The translations under genes were made by a program, and so were the position numbers. DNA of 53,350 nucleotides, the filler included, from Jimgerdemannia flammicorona (Eukaryota): NCBI GenBank assembly GCA_003990765.1. It is 2 parts of 2 records of this genome, joined end to end, with 100 filler letters (N's around TTAATTAATTAA, not from the genome) between each part and the next. Parts side by side here need not be neighbours in the genome. Positions count along the whole stretch, not along the records: positions 26,727 to 53,350 come from RBNJ01000711.1; 1 more part is not named here. One strand, given 5' to 3'. The notes beneath the pieces were generated by a model. It worked only from the letters and a program-made list of their open reading frames with translations, did no database searches and was not told where the DNA came from. This document shows positions 35,581-49,662 of the stretch, in pieces (position 1 is the first letter of the stretch; each line of letters begins with the position of its first letter).

Positions 35581-38500
35581 TTACCCTCGTATCGGGAATC
35601 TTAGGTTCCGAATATGCGACTCCTCCGTGCAGGGGCCAACGAAGTTGGAAGGGAAAAGCCCCTGCCTGCTCTCGCACTTGCTGTACCACCAACCTGAGGG
35701 GAATGCCCGGACAACGTCGATCGTCTGTCCCTGCTTGAGGGGAAGGTGGTCCAATTGGTTCTCAGTTGGATTGTAGTCGAACAGAGCCTCGACTACGTCA
35801 GGAATATTTTCAAACACTGTATTTGAAAGAGGCTGGGTGTGAGTGGCGATGGATATGAGACATTGGGGTCGGCTATGATGGCGCAAACCTACCATCTGAG
35901 AACTGCTCAGCTGGGCCCCACTTTAGGATTTGCCGCTGTTGAGTCTCACCCTGGTCCCCTTGACTTTTGTGAACTTTTTTCTGTAAACCTCCATTTCAAC
36001 ATCGTGCACTATCGTTCGGGAAAAAATAAAATAAAAAAATACTTAAGACATTGGTTTTTGTTGAAACCAATTACAATAGACAATCGGGCGCATATATACC
36101 AATGTAGTAAACATAGGGTGGGAACCAGTCCGCCTTGACGTGCCGTTTCCAATAAACATCGAGAAATGGATGAAGCTCAATATCGGCAACAATTGGACAA
36201 ACAGGAGGAGCCAAAGGCGTTGTCCAGATTCGAGAGCTTTGTCGTAGACATTGTTGACTATGTAATATCGGGAGAGTGCGATTAGTTTCAAGATTGTTCT
36301 TCAGAGCCACGCTTGATTTCATTAAATGCAAAATTCACAGCCTTCTCCGGGTCTATCAACTCACGAAGAGCGATGAGGACGTTTAAGAGCAGGATGTTGG
36401 TTACCACAGTAAAGATAAACATCACGCCCATGATACTGGGGTCTGATTGGAATCTACGCACATGTGTTGTAAAGCAAGTTCCATATATAAGTTACTTGGC
36501 CAGGTGACGACAAACACTGCTTCTCTCTACCCTAAATTTTTGTCTCCCATTCCCACCCGAAAAAAGATGCATGAACAAATAAATTTACATTGCCATCGTT
36601 GCGTAGTTTTGGATGTGAAAAAGAAAACGTTACCCAAGACCGTTTTGAAGTCCTGGTAGAAATTATTGCCAGATGGATCGAACGGAAAAGCTCTCAAGCT
36701 GACGTTTTCATTGCCTATGGTGCCATTAATAATGTTGAAAGCTGCGGTATTTGGGCTGGAATGCTCAGATGTTCATATAAGGCTTGTGCAAAACCTAAAA
36801 GTGCCATCGCAAGCATGATCAGAAAAGGAGCCATCCTTTTGATAATCTTTGCATGAGAAATTAAAATCGGATTTATCATTAAGCATAGGTGTCAACGTCT
36901 TGAAAGGAATGCTTTCGGTGAAAGTCATAACAGGATTATACCTCGCTTATTACGGCAACAAAGACCCCAATAGGTTTAAAAACGCGGAGCAGCATCATCT
37001 ATAACAGAAGGAAGAAATTCGAGTTTGTTTGGATATTCAACAACCAGGCCGAACGTATCACATGGAAACACTCACCAGCCGAAGCCAGACTAGGAGTACA
37101 CTGGTTGGACGGAGAAGAATTGGAGTCACCAAACATGAGTATACAATTGGTAGGATGAATCAATGTTTTTGCCGTAATGTCGATCTACGCTAGGGAGGCG
37201 TAACTATACTACGTTTTGCATAATGTCAACTACGCTACGCTCACGTGATGTCAATCTTCGTGATAAAACACCAATAACCCCGTGTCACCGAAGTGACCAT
37301 GCATCACCCCGAAATCCTAGGAAAGAAACCTCAAATAAATGATCGATTGTTCTGTATTTGGGTGGAAACACACGGTATAAAAGACCGGCCCAACCACTAT
37401 GTATATATATGTAGGGTGAGGTGGGTGGTAATGAAATGCGTACGAATGTACGGAAGCGCAAAAGCGTAAGTGTAAAGCGCGTACGAAGTAATGTTGGGTG
37501 AATGGTAGAATTACATATAGAAGTAATGCGCCTACCGCGCTAGTACCAAAAAAGGAAAGACTACGCCTGATTTAGAAACGCCTTAGACAAACAACGGCGT
37601 TGAAACATTTTGGGCGCTATACGCCCAAGACCTTCCTGCATTCATTGACCTGTGGTCTCGAGCGAGCCCCCTCATTGCACCGAGCTCGAAAAAATTGGAT
37701 AATGTGACAATGTATGCTCGAAAACGATGACAGCATTCAAGCAACTCAATAATGATGGATATGACTGCCATCACAAAAACCACCGCAGAGTACTGTTTCT
37801 GCTCTTCGGACAGTTGGTTGTCTATGGGCGCTTCCATATCGAGTAACTTGCAAAGAATACATAGTAGACAAGATAGAACGCGAACATCACGAAGAACCTC
37901 GTGCGAGCAAATGCTCGCCATTTCTAGAAATAGGCGAAAGACGCATCAAAGATTTCAGTCAATCAGACTTCCCGTGGAACACAAGTGTGTATAGCTTGTA
38001 TATACTTGCACTTACTTGGTATACGATGGCCCCCAAAAATTGTTCCGCAATCTCAACCAATTTTCGCTCGGCCGTTCTCCCGGCAATGCGGGTTAATGTA
38101 CTCCTTCTAGTTCCATCATATGAACATAGATTAAGAAAAGGAACAACGCAGACATGCACAGACTTCAACCGGGGCCTGAACATTAGAAACCATTTCCTCA
38201 ACAGTCTCAATGGCAACGCTGCCAAATACTTGAAACACCACCCTAATCCACAGAGGAAAGCATACAACGCATACGAGACGCCGCTATAGGGGAATTCAAT
38301 GTTATTGGTCAATTGAATGATCGGATATAGGTTGTTGTAGAGTGTCAAAATCTCCACGTCGCGGTTGGAAAGACCTTCAGGCGAGCGTTCCCGACGCAGA
38401 AAATTCGGGTTTGGACATTGGGAATGATGCAAACTTGGTAGGATAGCGCTCGCGCAATTTCTCCAACTAGCACCGGGTTCTCATCCATCGAATAATCTTT

Positions 38501-40636
38501 CCCTCGACGACAGGGTCGCTCACATAAGAGAACAAGGCGTTTGGGATTTCGTCCGATTCGTAGATCCAGGAGAAGATGCAACGGCGGTAATTTCGATAGG
38601 CGACAAAGACGGCATAGAGATCTTGAAAGTTGAAGAGATATAAAATGGGAGAGTGAAACAGGCGGATATCGATGCGAGGAAACCGATGCCTTGGGATGTA
38701 TTCAGAGAGAATCTGGATAATTTGAACCATGGGGTATGTGAGATCTTTGGTCTTCCGTGGTGGAGTCCACTTGCAACTCTCTACTGTGATCATCCCCGAA
38801 TATAATAAGAAGAAGCAGCAGCCACTGAATGCCTTTTGCACTTGAGTTGATGCCCCCATGACAATTTCGTGATGTGACTTGAATTCAGGTTGACCACAAC
38901 TCTGCGGAGTAGTTACGCACAAGAACACTTTCACATTGATGTGGCCCGTGCCAGTATTCTCATTCTCCCTAAAGGCCTTTGTCTGAAACTTGTCGATCGT
39001 GTTTGGCTGTTTGTCGCGGAGCCGGCCTGGCTTGGAGATGCACCAGAAATCTTGAAGCTGGTAGTTGCATTCAATTTTCGGTCTCGACCACAGCTGTACG
39101 GTCATAACCGTAACGACGAGGACGGCGCCTTCCTTGGTCACAGCAAAATAGCACGGTAGGCGAAAGGGATCATCTTTGCTGAACGGCTGAAACGAAACCC
39201 TTTTCAGTTCGGAAACAGGTGGCTCCGACATACTCCTTACACAGCAGATATAGAAATACTGATCTTCGTCATATCAACTTGCAATGACCATTCAGTGTCT
39301 CCGAACCGTACCTCCCCTTTGTCCATCGTCAGCGGCCTCAGCTGGAGGTTTTCAAGATTTTCAAGATTTTCATCTAAACCATTCTGCACCAGCGGTTCAA
39401 TCCCCCCTTCTGCTTGACAAAGATAGTAGTGCTTTTGGTTGTGGAGCCAACATTCCTTTGTTCGTTCGACTGGATCCTTGAGTTGTGAACCTGTGTTGAC
39501 ATCGTAGACATGGATTCCCTCGGAAGCTACGATGGTGAGTTTGTCGCCTGCTTCGTGGAAACTTAACTTTTTAGGGTTTATCTTGGCCCTCCAACGCATA
39601 ATTTCGAGTCCGGTCTTCGTGAGCAATATATGTACGGATATACCGACTTCCCAGAACATAAAAATTATGGTCGAATCAGCGAAGAAATGATAAAATAAAA
39701 TAAAAACAAATAGTACATGAGAATAGACATAAAATTAATAAATACCTATTGATGATAGCTTTATCAACGTTTAAAAGAACGGCGAGTCGGGATCCATCAG
39801 ATGATAAAGCAAAACGGGACTGCCATCGGGAGCAATGTTGCGCAGCATCAACTCGCGAAAGTGGTCCGAATTCTTGTGAAGCTGCGATACATGAGCGATA
39901 AACGGTTCATTTTCCGATGTAGGGCTGCGATATTGAGATCGAGGACAAGAGATCGGACAATGTTGCAAATGTCGAAGTAGATTGTACGAGTGACGGTAAG
40001 ATCTTGCAGGCGATACACTCGAAGGTAAGGTGGGCAGCAGAGGATTACATATCTGACCATCTGTACGTCATCCCTCTTCGGCACTTTAGAGAATTGGCGA
40101 GGCAGGAGGACGGTTGGTGTCTGTATCGCTAGCATTGACGAACTTGACGACTATGGGCCCGAGCTTGTCATTCTCATGTGGCGTAAGCCAGTCACCTTCG
40201 GGACACCAACGTTTGTAGGTTTGGTGGATTTGACCTTCTATCACCGGCCTGTCGAAAACCTCGTAGTTATCATTGTATGGCCTTGTCTTATGTACGAATG
40301 ACACAACACAGATGTCCCCCGAATTGGCCACGGCGATGGACATGTTTACGCGCTCGCCAGTTTTTAGGATATTGTGAATGTCCATTTGTGTCTTGTGCAG
40401 AGCGGTTATGTTTTTGAGCGTCGTTGTCTTTCCGCCACCGTCGGGGCCCGCCAGATCCGAACCACAGCTTGTTCACCTTCTTTGTTTAGCGAAGCTACGA
40501 AATTACCATTATTTGACATTTTTATACACAGAACGTCGCCTTCTGTGCTCTGTGGAGAAGTCGATGTCGATGCGGACGACGAACCGTGTGATGGCACGGG
40601 TTGCAATTCGGTCCCGTGCTCATTCGAGTCAGTCAT
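35581..40636 (-). pseudogene. Pseudogene copy of the WD40-like/TRP-like/SH3 channel
   Basis: Collinear with 45823-50678 but has 1-bp deletions (~36193, ~36766), larger deletions (~38485, ~40048) and a 516-bp exonic insertion. Confidence 0.9.
37161..37676. other. 516-bp insertion in exon 3 of the pseudogene copy
   Basis: Absent from the paralogue, where GGATGAAT and GCACC are contiguous (~47514-47527); no TSD. Confidence 0.85.
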
Positions 40637-40750
40637 CGTTGAGGTTTGGAACTTGTTTCGGATAATAGGGATGAGGTGGATAGAATACTAGCATAGAGTC
40701 TGACAGACGTCGATACTGGGGTTTTTGAGCTATATATTAGGGTTGGCCCG

Positions 40751-40786
<36 letters not shown>

Positions 40787-42203
40787 CCCTTAGTGCAGCC
40801 ACTAGGTGGCTTGTGGCGCCCGATTCAAGATTTTTGCCTGTTCCTTCGCGTATATTTCCCAAGGCGCGGCATTCGCGAGAGAAATTGTTTGGTGTCGTAT
40901 CGCATCAAAGCTGGTGCTCTCAGTCTCGTCCGGTCTCGGCCTGGTCTTCGGCCTGGACAGGGACTGTAACGTGATAATGCACGTGATGGCGCAGTGACAA
41001 GTCGAGTGACATATATTATAAACCCCGTTAAAAAAAATGTATATTATAAACCCGACATTCACCAAGCGATATGCTTATATCTCTGAAACCATGATTTTCT
41101 GGCCTGCAAATTGGCCTATGTTGGCCTATGCAATAACTTTCGTTCCCCTGCGAAAGTGAATTGTTATTATTGGCAGGTAGTGGCGTTTGTGGGGTTGTGG
41201 GGCGCTTGCCACAACAGGTCGCGAAATTGGCGCATCTTCGTTACTCCTCTTACATATTTACGCCCTCTGATGGCTAATGGATTCACGTAATCGGTCATGG
41301 GTGCGAAAGCTGGCCTTTTCTCACAATTTCACTTTCCGCACCACCTTTCGATGTCGTAGCATAGCTGCGCTTCGAAGTTCAAATTACATATGAGTAGCGC
41401 TCACTTGAGGCGATTCGCCGAACCAGGCTATTATGTGGATAGCGATGGTAAAATGTCATACAAACCTATAAGCGCACATAACAGCGCTAATCGAAGTAAT
41501 AGGCGCAAGGTACCACGCTAAACCCATTGCATACGGCGAGCAAGGGACATAGAAATGTCACATACATACCATTAAAATGCAGTCGATGATATCATGCCGC
41601 TTTTCTTCTTTTCTATAAATGATCTAGATCAAGCCTAGAACAGTGATTATAGAAAGAATGACAGAAAGGAATGACCCAGCGTTAAATTAAAGAACATCTT
41701 TGTAAGGTTAATCGTCATTCTATAATTGTTTTGCGGTTTATAGATCCCGAATCAGTTTGCACTTTGACAATGCAGGCCATTCCAATTAAAGTCTCAATGA
41801 AGCCTTTTTGTCATATCTCCAATTTTAAAGTTGACCAAGACTACGAAAGGTCAGTAGCTACGGCGGGGGGAACAAGGAGAAAAAGCACAAGGATTTGAAC
41901 ACATCCCAGATGTCAGAACGACCGATGATTCGGAATATTACCGATCGTGATCGCGGACCGCATACCTTATGTCCGCAGTAGAGACGACCGAGGATTGTGA
42001 CATATCGCCATGCCAAAAATCCCGGGCTCCATATAACAAATCCCACAACCACGACTCCATCTTTTTGAGGAGCAGAGAACAATAGGAGAGGTGTGGAGAA
42101 AAAGAACGATGATATATAGTATAAATGTGACAAATATGGGGACGACATGACATAAATATGACGATATTTTAATAAGTTTGTCTGAGCGCATATTTTCACG
42201 TTC

Positions 42204-44189
42204 TCACTCGTAACATATTTCACGTTCTCGTTCGTCCTGCATCTGCCGAGCTTCTTTCCTCTGGTACTCCTCTTTTGCGCTTTCTTGTGCGCTTCGCCGA
42301 CGTATGAGTTTTGTGCTTTGAACATTATTATCTGTCCAGCTTTTGAGCTTACTACCAATCGCGATGGTGGTGGAAGAGTCAGGCGGGGACTGGTCGGCGT
42401 ACGAGCTCCTTCTGCGGAAAAGACTCCAGAACGTGTTTGTCATTAGAGACCCGTCCTCGCCCGCGACGCGGTGGTGGTGGTGCGTTGAAGAAAATAAGAG
42501 TGAAAAGCGCCCCCGGCGAGAACACATGAGCATGGAATGTCGAAACGTCGAGGGGAGTGGGGATGGAATGGGGATGGGGTTGGGTAGAGAGAGTCCTGGG
42601 TCGTTGCGATCCTTTTGGTCTGACGTCTGAGCGCCATTTGCAGTCGGGTCTTTGCCGTATTTGGGCCGGCGGGCAAAGCGGGGAATATAATTACATAATG
42701 ACGCACTGACGCCGCGTGCTCTGTACGCCCAAACCTTATTAGCAAATTCTGGCATATCTCCACTGCTTTTCTTACACCACACGGTTTCCCATAGCCCATA
42801 GCCCATCTTCACTTGCCCGTTGAAGCCCCTGATCTCCTTCGACGACTGACGGTAACCATATCTGCTCGCTTCTGATTCGTGTCATCTTGCTAGCAGAATG
42901 AGCTACTTCGGCACGTGTACCGATCGTCTCGACCAGGGTCTTCGTTACGGACGTCAAGCAGGATGACGCAGTGTATCTGAGTTTTCGGATATAGGTAAGG
43001 GCGAATAAGAGTGGGGAATGACGTATCGTTAGCTGGGTGAAATTGAGCTCCGTATAGTGAGGTGGACTAGGAATCTTACCAAAACGTTATTCCCGCCACC
43101 GTTAGAGATTTAAGGGAAGGTTTTTCATTTGGAGAGAAGTTGGCGTCAGTTATTTCGGAGTTTGCGGGGCCGTTGAGTTGACTTCCGTGCTGATATTTTT
43201 CACAATGTCCATTGGTCTTTCGTCTAGATCATCCGCGGCGGTTAACTTCGTATTGATGTCCGTATTGACAAGGGTTTCGGGCTCTGCATCGAATGCTTGC
43301 ACACTAACTTCCTCTTCCTCGTGGAGTATAGTTCGCGAACTGTCTCCATGACTAACGAGTATTCTTGGCTGGGGACGACTGTCCTCTTGAATGCTTGCGT
43401 GCCGATCGTTTGTCGTCGATGTGTTGTTAAGGGCGGTTATAAGGTCGTGTAGCCGGGTCTTGTCTAAATAAGCAACCAGTCTTGTATTGACTAATAGCTC
43501 CACTTACATAGTGAGCGCCTATGTGCCGACCTTCATCATCGTCATTCTCTCTATCCAAGATATTGCCCATCCTGCTATCAAGTCCTCCGTCTATTCTCCT
43601 TGGCACCTCTATGATGATATCTGATTCCTTGTGCGTCAGTTTCATATTACGTGGTAGAAACGGACAGACGGACGGACAGGCATCATCGTCAGGTAAGCTT
43701 CATTAGTTAGGGGACGCTTACGTGATGTGCGGTGAGGTCAGAATTATGGAGGGCAAGCAGTTTGCGCCGGTAACTGGGTTGGGCTTGGGCTACGCCGGAT
43801 CTTGTGGTTGTCGTTCCTGAGTGGACAGCGCCTGGCATATTCATAGTACAGGCGGACATTGGTCGTTCGTCGTTGTTGTATCTACTCGTTCATTGCCGCG
43901 CTAACTGTCTTTTATGCTATCTCCGTTATATCCTTATTACTAGGTACGGGCTTCGCTGCCAAGGCGGTCATCGTGTCGTGCTGATCGGAACTTGTCCTTG
44001 TCCCTGCATTGGTCTTGCTGTCCAAAGACTCGAGCGAAGTGTGGAGACACATGGGACGAATAGGGTTGGGCGGAAGATTCCTATTTGGCCGACGTAGTTC
44101 TCATAGGCCCCTTGTGCTGCGGACAAGACCCTGTCGAATTCTTCGTCATTAACGCTGGTAGGTGCGACCTCATCGATGTGTATTGACAA
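42204..44189 (-). CDS. Unknown multi-exon, low-complexity protein; exon structure and integrity unresolved
   Basis: Successive minus-strand ORFs with GTAAG donors (~43509, ~43721); C-terminal region conserved in the paralogue at 52469-53044. Confidence 0.55.
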
Positions 44190-45822
44190 AAGTAAATTGG
44201 CTCGCGTGAATGACTGTCAAGTACACCGTTATTTCCCAGTCCCAACATCCAGAGGACATACAACACAGTGTTGTAAGTAGAACATATCCAATAAAAAGCA
44301 CAGGATTGCATATTCATTATTTCGGAGATATGTAAGAAACTGTATAATTTATATAAAATCGAGTAAAGACCCTAAGGAAGTGGCTAGCCAGTTCGGCATA
44401 TAGTGTGAATACACCATGACGCCAAAGCGTCTGTTTCAAATTTATGCCTTCGCGATCTCGCGTAAAGATAATAGAGTGGCAACCGAAGTTACTCTTTGAA
44501 TGCCTTTTCTCCCGATTCGAACACATTATGACAACGTTGAAACTAGAGTAGAGGAAACGGTGTGAACGAAAAGCGACGAAATGAATTTTTAGTTGCGACC
44601 ATAATATGTAAAAGGACTTCAACATCGAAGCCAAGCCTGTTTTCCGTTCCTGGTTCCAGTCATGCAACTCTCTAATTATATAAAAACACATGATTCGATG
44701 CGAAATCATTAGTTGGCCGACTAAAACCATGAATGGGGGAAATAATAGTTCACGATTTCGATAGCTGATCTCAGCTGCTTTGGTGATTCAGCCGACATCG
44801 ACGCCATCGCGCATCTTTGTTTACAATACTAGCAAAAATTGGTGTCCTCTTCTGAATTTGGCGCACTCATCTTTCTCATTTCCTCTAACACATTTACGCC
44901 CCCTCTCTGATGGTGAGACAGGGGTTCCCGTGATCGTCCATGCGTGCGAAAACTGGCCTTTTTCACAATTGCAATAACTTACATTCGATGTTGTAGCATA
45001 GCTGCCCCGTGACTTTTCAAGTTCATTTGAGGCGACTGTGTGGTGAAAATGGCCTTGGTGTCCAAGGAGCAGGTCCAACCTACTACAGGTCTGACCTTGT
45101 ACATTTTTGTTACCTGTCTTTCTCTGCGAATATTTTATCACCAGCCTCCGGGTTCTTTTGAAGCTAAGGAAACGCGAACTAGCACCGTTTGAGAGATAAA
45201 AATCTCGATTGTCAAAGATAATAGGACTAAGCCAATTCCAAAATCTCCAATGCAACACGATCAAGCCATGTGCACATTCCGATTGCGATCGCATGAACTG
45301 GGGACGATCGGTAAACTATGTTAGGATCGTCGAAACCCTCTCATCCTTTCACGATTAGTGGCTTCGACATCAGCTGACAAACCCGTGATTATTTTATCGC
45401 GTGTGTGGCTTATGACGTTGAAACACAATGAATCTTAGTTTTTTGAATCTTAGTTTAATATTATATCTTAATTATACTAAATACTAAATTATATTATTCT
45501 AATTTTGATCAATTATAATTTATTGTATATAATTTAATCTTTATATTTAACATTTTAATATACTAATTTTTGTAATACTGGTATAATTTATAATTATATT
45601 TATAATCAGTTTTAATTAAAGTAGAATATACATTTATTTAATAAAAAATTTGAATTTATTATTGCTATAAGTTTTAACTTTCATTATATTAAAAAATAAT
45701 AACAATACAGCTTTTGATTACATGTTAACAGCAATATTAATGTATCAAAATTTTTATTCTAGAAAATACACAAACGCAGCCCAACCCCTAGTGGCAATGG
45801 ACACAATCAAATCACCTCCATC

Positions 45823-48800
45823 TCAATCTCTGGGAATATTAGGCAATGGGCCCATGGATGGGAACCACAATCTCCTTCCGTCATTCTGCACCATCGTATC
45901 GGGCATGTTAGGTTCCGAAATCGCGGACGAATATTGCGACTCCTCCGTACAGGGGCCAACGAAGTTGGCGGGGAAAAGCCCCTGTCTGCTCTCGCTCTCG
46001 CCGTACCACCAACCTGAGGGGAAGGCCCGGACAACGTCGATCGTCTGTCCCCGCTTGAGGGGAAGGTGGTCCAATTTGTCCTTGGTTGGATTGTAGTCGA
46101 ACAGAGCCTCGACTACGTCGGGAATATTTTCAAACACTGTATTTGAAAGAGGCTGGTGTGAGTGGCGATAGATATGAAACATTGGGGTCGGCTATGATGG
46201 TGCGAAACCTACCATCTGAGAACTGCTCGGCTGGGCCCCACTTTAGGATTTGCCGCTGTTGAGCCTCATCCTGGTCCCCTTGACTTTGGTGAACTGTTTT
46301 TCTGTAAGCCTCCATTTCAACATCGTGCGCTATCGTTCGAAAAAAAAAAAAAAAAAAAAAAAAAACGTAAGACATTGGTTTTTGTTGAAACCAATTACAA
46401 TAGACAATCGGGCGCATACATACCAATGTAGTAAACATAGGGTGGGAACCAGTCCGCCTTGACGTGCCGTTTCCAATAAACATCGAGAAACGGATGAAGC
46501 TCAATATCGGCAACAATTTGGACAAACAGGAGGAGCCAAAGGCGTTGTCCAGATTCGAGAGCTTTGTTGTAGACATTGTTGACTATGTAATATCGGCCAA
46601 GTGCGATTAGTTTCGAGATTGTTCTTCAGAGCCATCCGAATTTTTGCTTGATTTCATTAAATGCAAAATTCACAGCCTTCTCCGAAATAAATAGGGTCTG
46701 TCTACTCACGAAGAGCGATGAGGACGTTTAAGAGCAGGATGTTGGTTACCACAGCAAAGATAAACATCACGCCCATGATGCTGGGGTCCGATTCGAATCT
46801 ATGCGGACGTGTTTTAAAGCAAGTTCCATCTATAAGTTACTTGGCCAGGTGACGACAAACACTGCCCTCTACCCTAACAACGTTTTTGTTTCCCATTCCA
46901 CCCGAAAAAAGATGCAACACAACATAAACAAATAAACTTACATTGCCATCGTTGCATAGTTTTGGGACGTGAAAAAAAAAACGTTACTCAAGACCGTTTT
47001 GAAGTCTTGGTAGAAATTATTGCCAGATGGATCGAATGGAAATACACTCAAGCTGACGTTTTCATTGCCTATGGTGCCATTAATAATGTTGAAAGCCGCG
47101 GTATTTGGGCTGGAATGCTTCAGGTGTTCATAGAAAGCTTGTGCAAAACCTAAAAGTGCCATCGCAAGCACAATCAGAAAAGGAGCCATCCTTTTGATAA
47201 TCTTTGCATGAGGAATTAAAATCGGATTTATCATTAAATATAGGTATCAACGTCTTGAAAGGAATGCTTTCGGTGAAAGTCATTACAGGATTATACCTCG
47301 CTTATTACGGCAACAAAGATCCCAATAGGTTTAAAAACGCGGAGCAGCATCATCTATAAGAGAAGAGTTTGTTTAGAATATTCAACAACCTGGCCGAAAA
47401 TATCACATGGAAACACTCTCACCAGCCGAAGCCATATTAGGAGTATACTGGTTGGACGAAGAAGAATTGGCATGGGGTCACCAAACATGAGGTACCTCAC
47501 GTACACAATTGGTAGGATGAATGCACCAAGCTCGAAAAAATTGGATAATGTGACAATGTATGCTCGAAATCGATGACAGCATTTAAGCAACTCCATAATG
47601 ATGGATATGACTGCCATCACAAAAACCACCGCAGAGTACAGTTTCTGCTCTTCGGACAGTTGGTTGTCTATGGGCGCTTCCATATCGAGTAACCTTGTAA
47701 AGATTGCATAGTAGACAAGATAGAACGCGAACATCGCGAAGAACCTTGTGCGAGCGAATGCTCGCCATTTCTAGAGATAGGCAAAGGACATATCAAAGAG
47801 ATCAGTCACCATACTTTCCGTCGAACACAAGTGAATGTAGCTTGTATTTGTACCTACCTGGTATACGACGGCCTCCAAAAACGGTTCCGCTATCTCAACA
47901 ACTTTTCGCTCGGCTGTTCTCCCGGCAATGCGGGCAAACGTACTACTTCTAGTTCCTTCGTAGGAACATAGATTGAGAAAAGGAACAAAGCAGACATGCG
48001 CGGGCCTCAGTCGGGGCCTAAACATTGGAAAACATTTCCTCAATAGCCTCAAAGGCAGATCTGCCAAATACTTGAAACACCATCCGAATCCACAGCGGAA
48101 AGCAGACAACGCATACGAGACACTGTCTTTGGGGAATTCGACATGGTTGGTGAATTGAATGATTGGATATAAGTGGTTGTGGCGTGTCAAAATCTCCACG
48201 TCGCGGTTGGAAAGCCCTTCTTCAGGCGAACGTTCTCGACGCAGAAAAATCGATTTCTGGACATTGGGAACGATGCAAACTTGGTAGGATAGTGCTCGCG
48301 CAATTTCTCCAACCAGCACCGGGTTCTCATCCATCAAGTCTGGGATCTGCTGCTGGAGTAAGAGGCCGTACGCGGTTTCGCCACGTTGGATCTGGCGGAT
48401 CATCCATCGAATAATCTTTCCCTCGACTACAGGGTCGCTCACGTAAGAGAACAAGGCGTTTGGGATTTCGTCCGATTCGTAGATCCAGGAGAAGATACAA
48501 CGGCGGTAGTTTCGGTAGGTAGCGAAGACAGCATCGAGATCTTGAAAGTTGAAGAGATACAAAATGGGAGAATGAAATAGTCGGATGTCGATGCGAGGAA
48601 ATCGATGCCTTGGGATGTATTCAGAGAGAATCTGGACAATTTGAACTGTGAGGTATGTGCAGTCGTTGGTTTTCGGTGGTAGGGTCCACTTGCATCTCCG
48701 TTCTGCAATCATCCTCGAAAGTAATAAAATGTAGCGGCAGCCATTGAATGCCTTTTGCACTTGAGTTGACGCCCCCATAACAATTTCGTGATGTGACTTG

Positions 48801-49598
48801 ACTTCCGGTTGATCACCATTCTTCGGAGTAGTTGTGCACAGAAACACTCTCACATTGATCCGGCCCGTGCCAGTATTCACATTCTCGGTTAATGCCTTCG
48901 TCTGTAACTTGTCGATCGTGTTTGGCTGATTGTCACAGAGACGGCCTGGCTTTGTGATACACCATAAATCTTGAAGTTGGTAGTTGCATTCAATTTTCGG
49001 TCGCGACCACAGCTGTACGGTCATGGTCGTAACGACGAGGACGGCGCCTTCCTTGGTCACTGCAAAATGGCACGGCAGGCGGAAAGGATCATCTTTGCTG
49101 AAAGGCTGAAACGAAAATCTTTTCGGTTCGGAAACAGGTGGTTTCGACACACTCCTTACGCAGCAGATATAGAGATACTGATCTTTGTCATATTCAACTT
49201 GCAACGACCATTCAGTGTCTCCGAACGGTACCTCCCCGTTGTCCATCTTCACTGGCCTCAGCTGAAGATTTGCATCCAAAACATTCTGCACCAGCGGTTT
49301 GGTCATAATCCCACCTTCCACTTGGCTAAGGCTGTATTGCCTTTGGCTGTGGAGCCAGTATTCATTTGGTCGTTCGAGTAGATCCTTGATTTCTGAGCCT
49401 GTGTTGACGTCGTAGACATGGGTTCCCTCAGAAGCTACAATGATGAGTTTGTCGCCTGCGTCGTGGAAGCCTAACTTTTTGGGGTTCATCTTGGCCCTCC
49501 ATCGCATAATTTCGAGTCCGGTCTTCGTGAGTAGTATATGCACGGTTATGTACCGACTTCCCAGCACATATAGATCAGGGTCGAGTTAGTGAAGAAAT

Positions 49599-49662
<64 letters not shown>

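Noticed and set aside
44317..45294. ORFs 44317-44730 and 44821-45294 as genes
   Set aside because: No motifs, and the second overlaps a module whose copies differ by many indels
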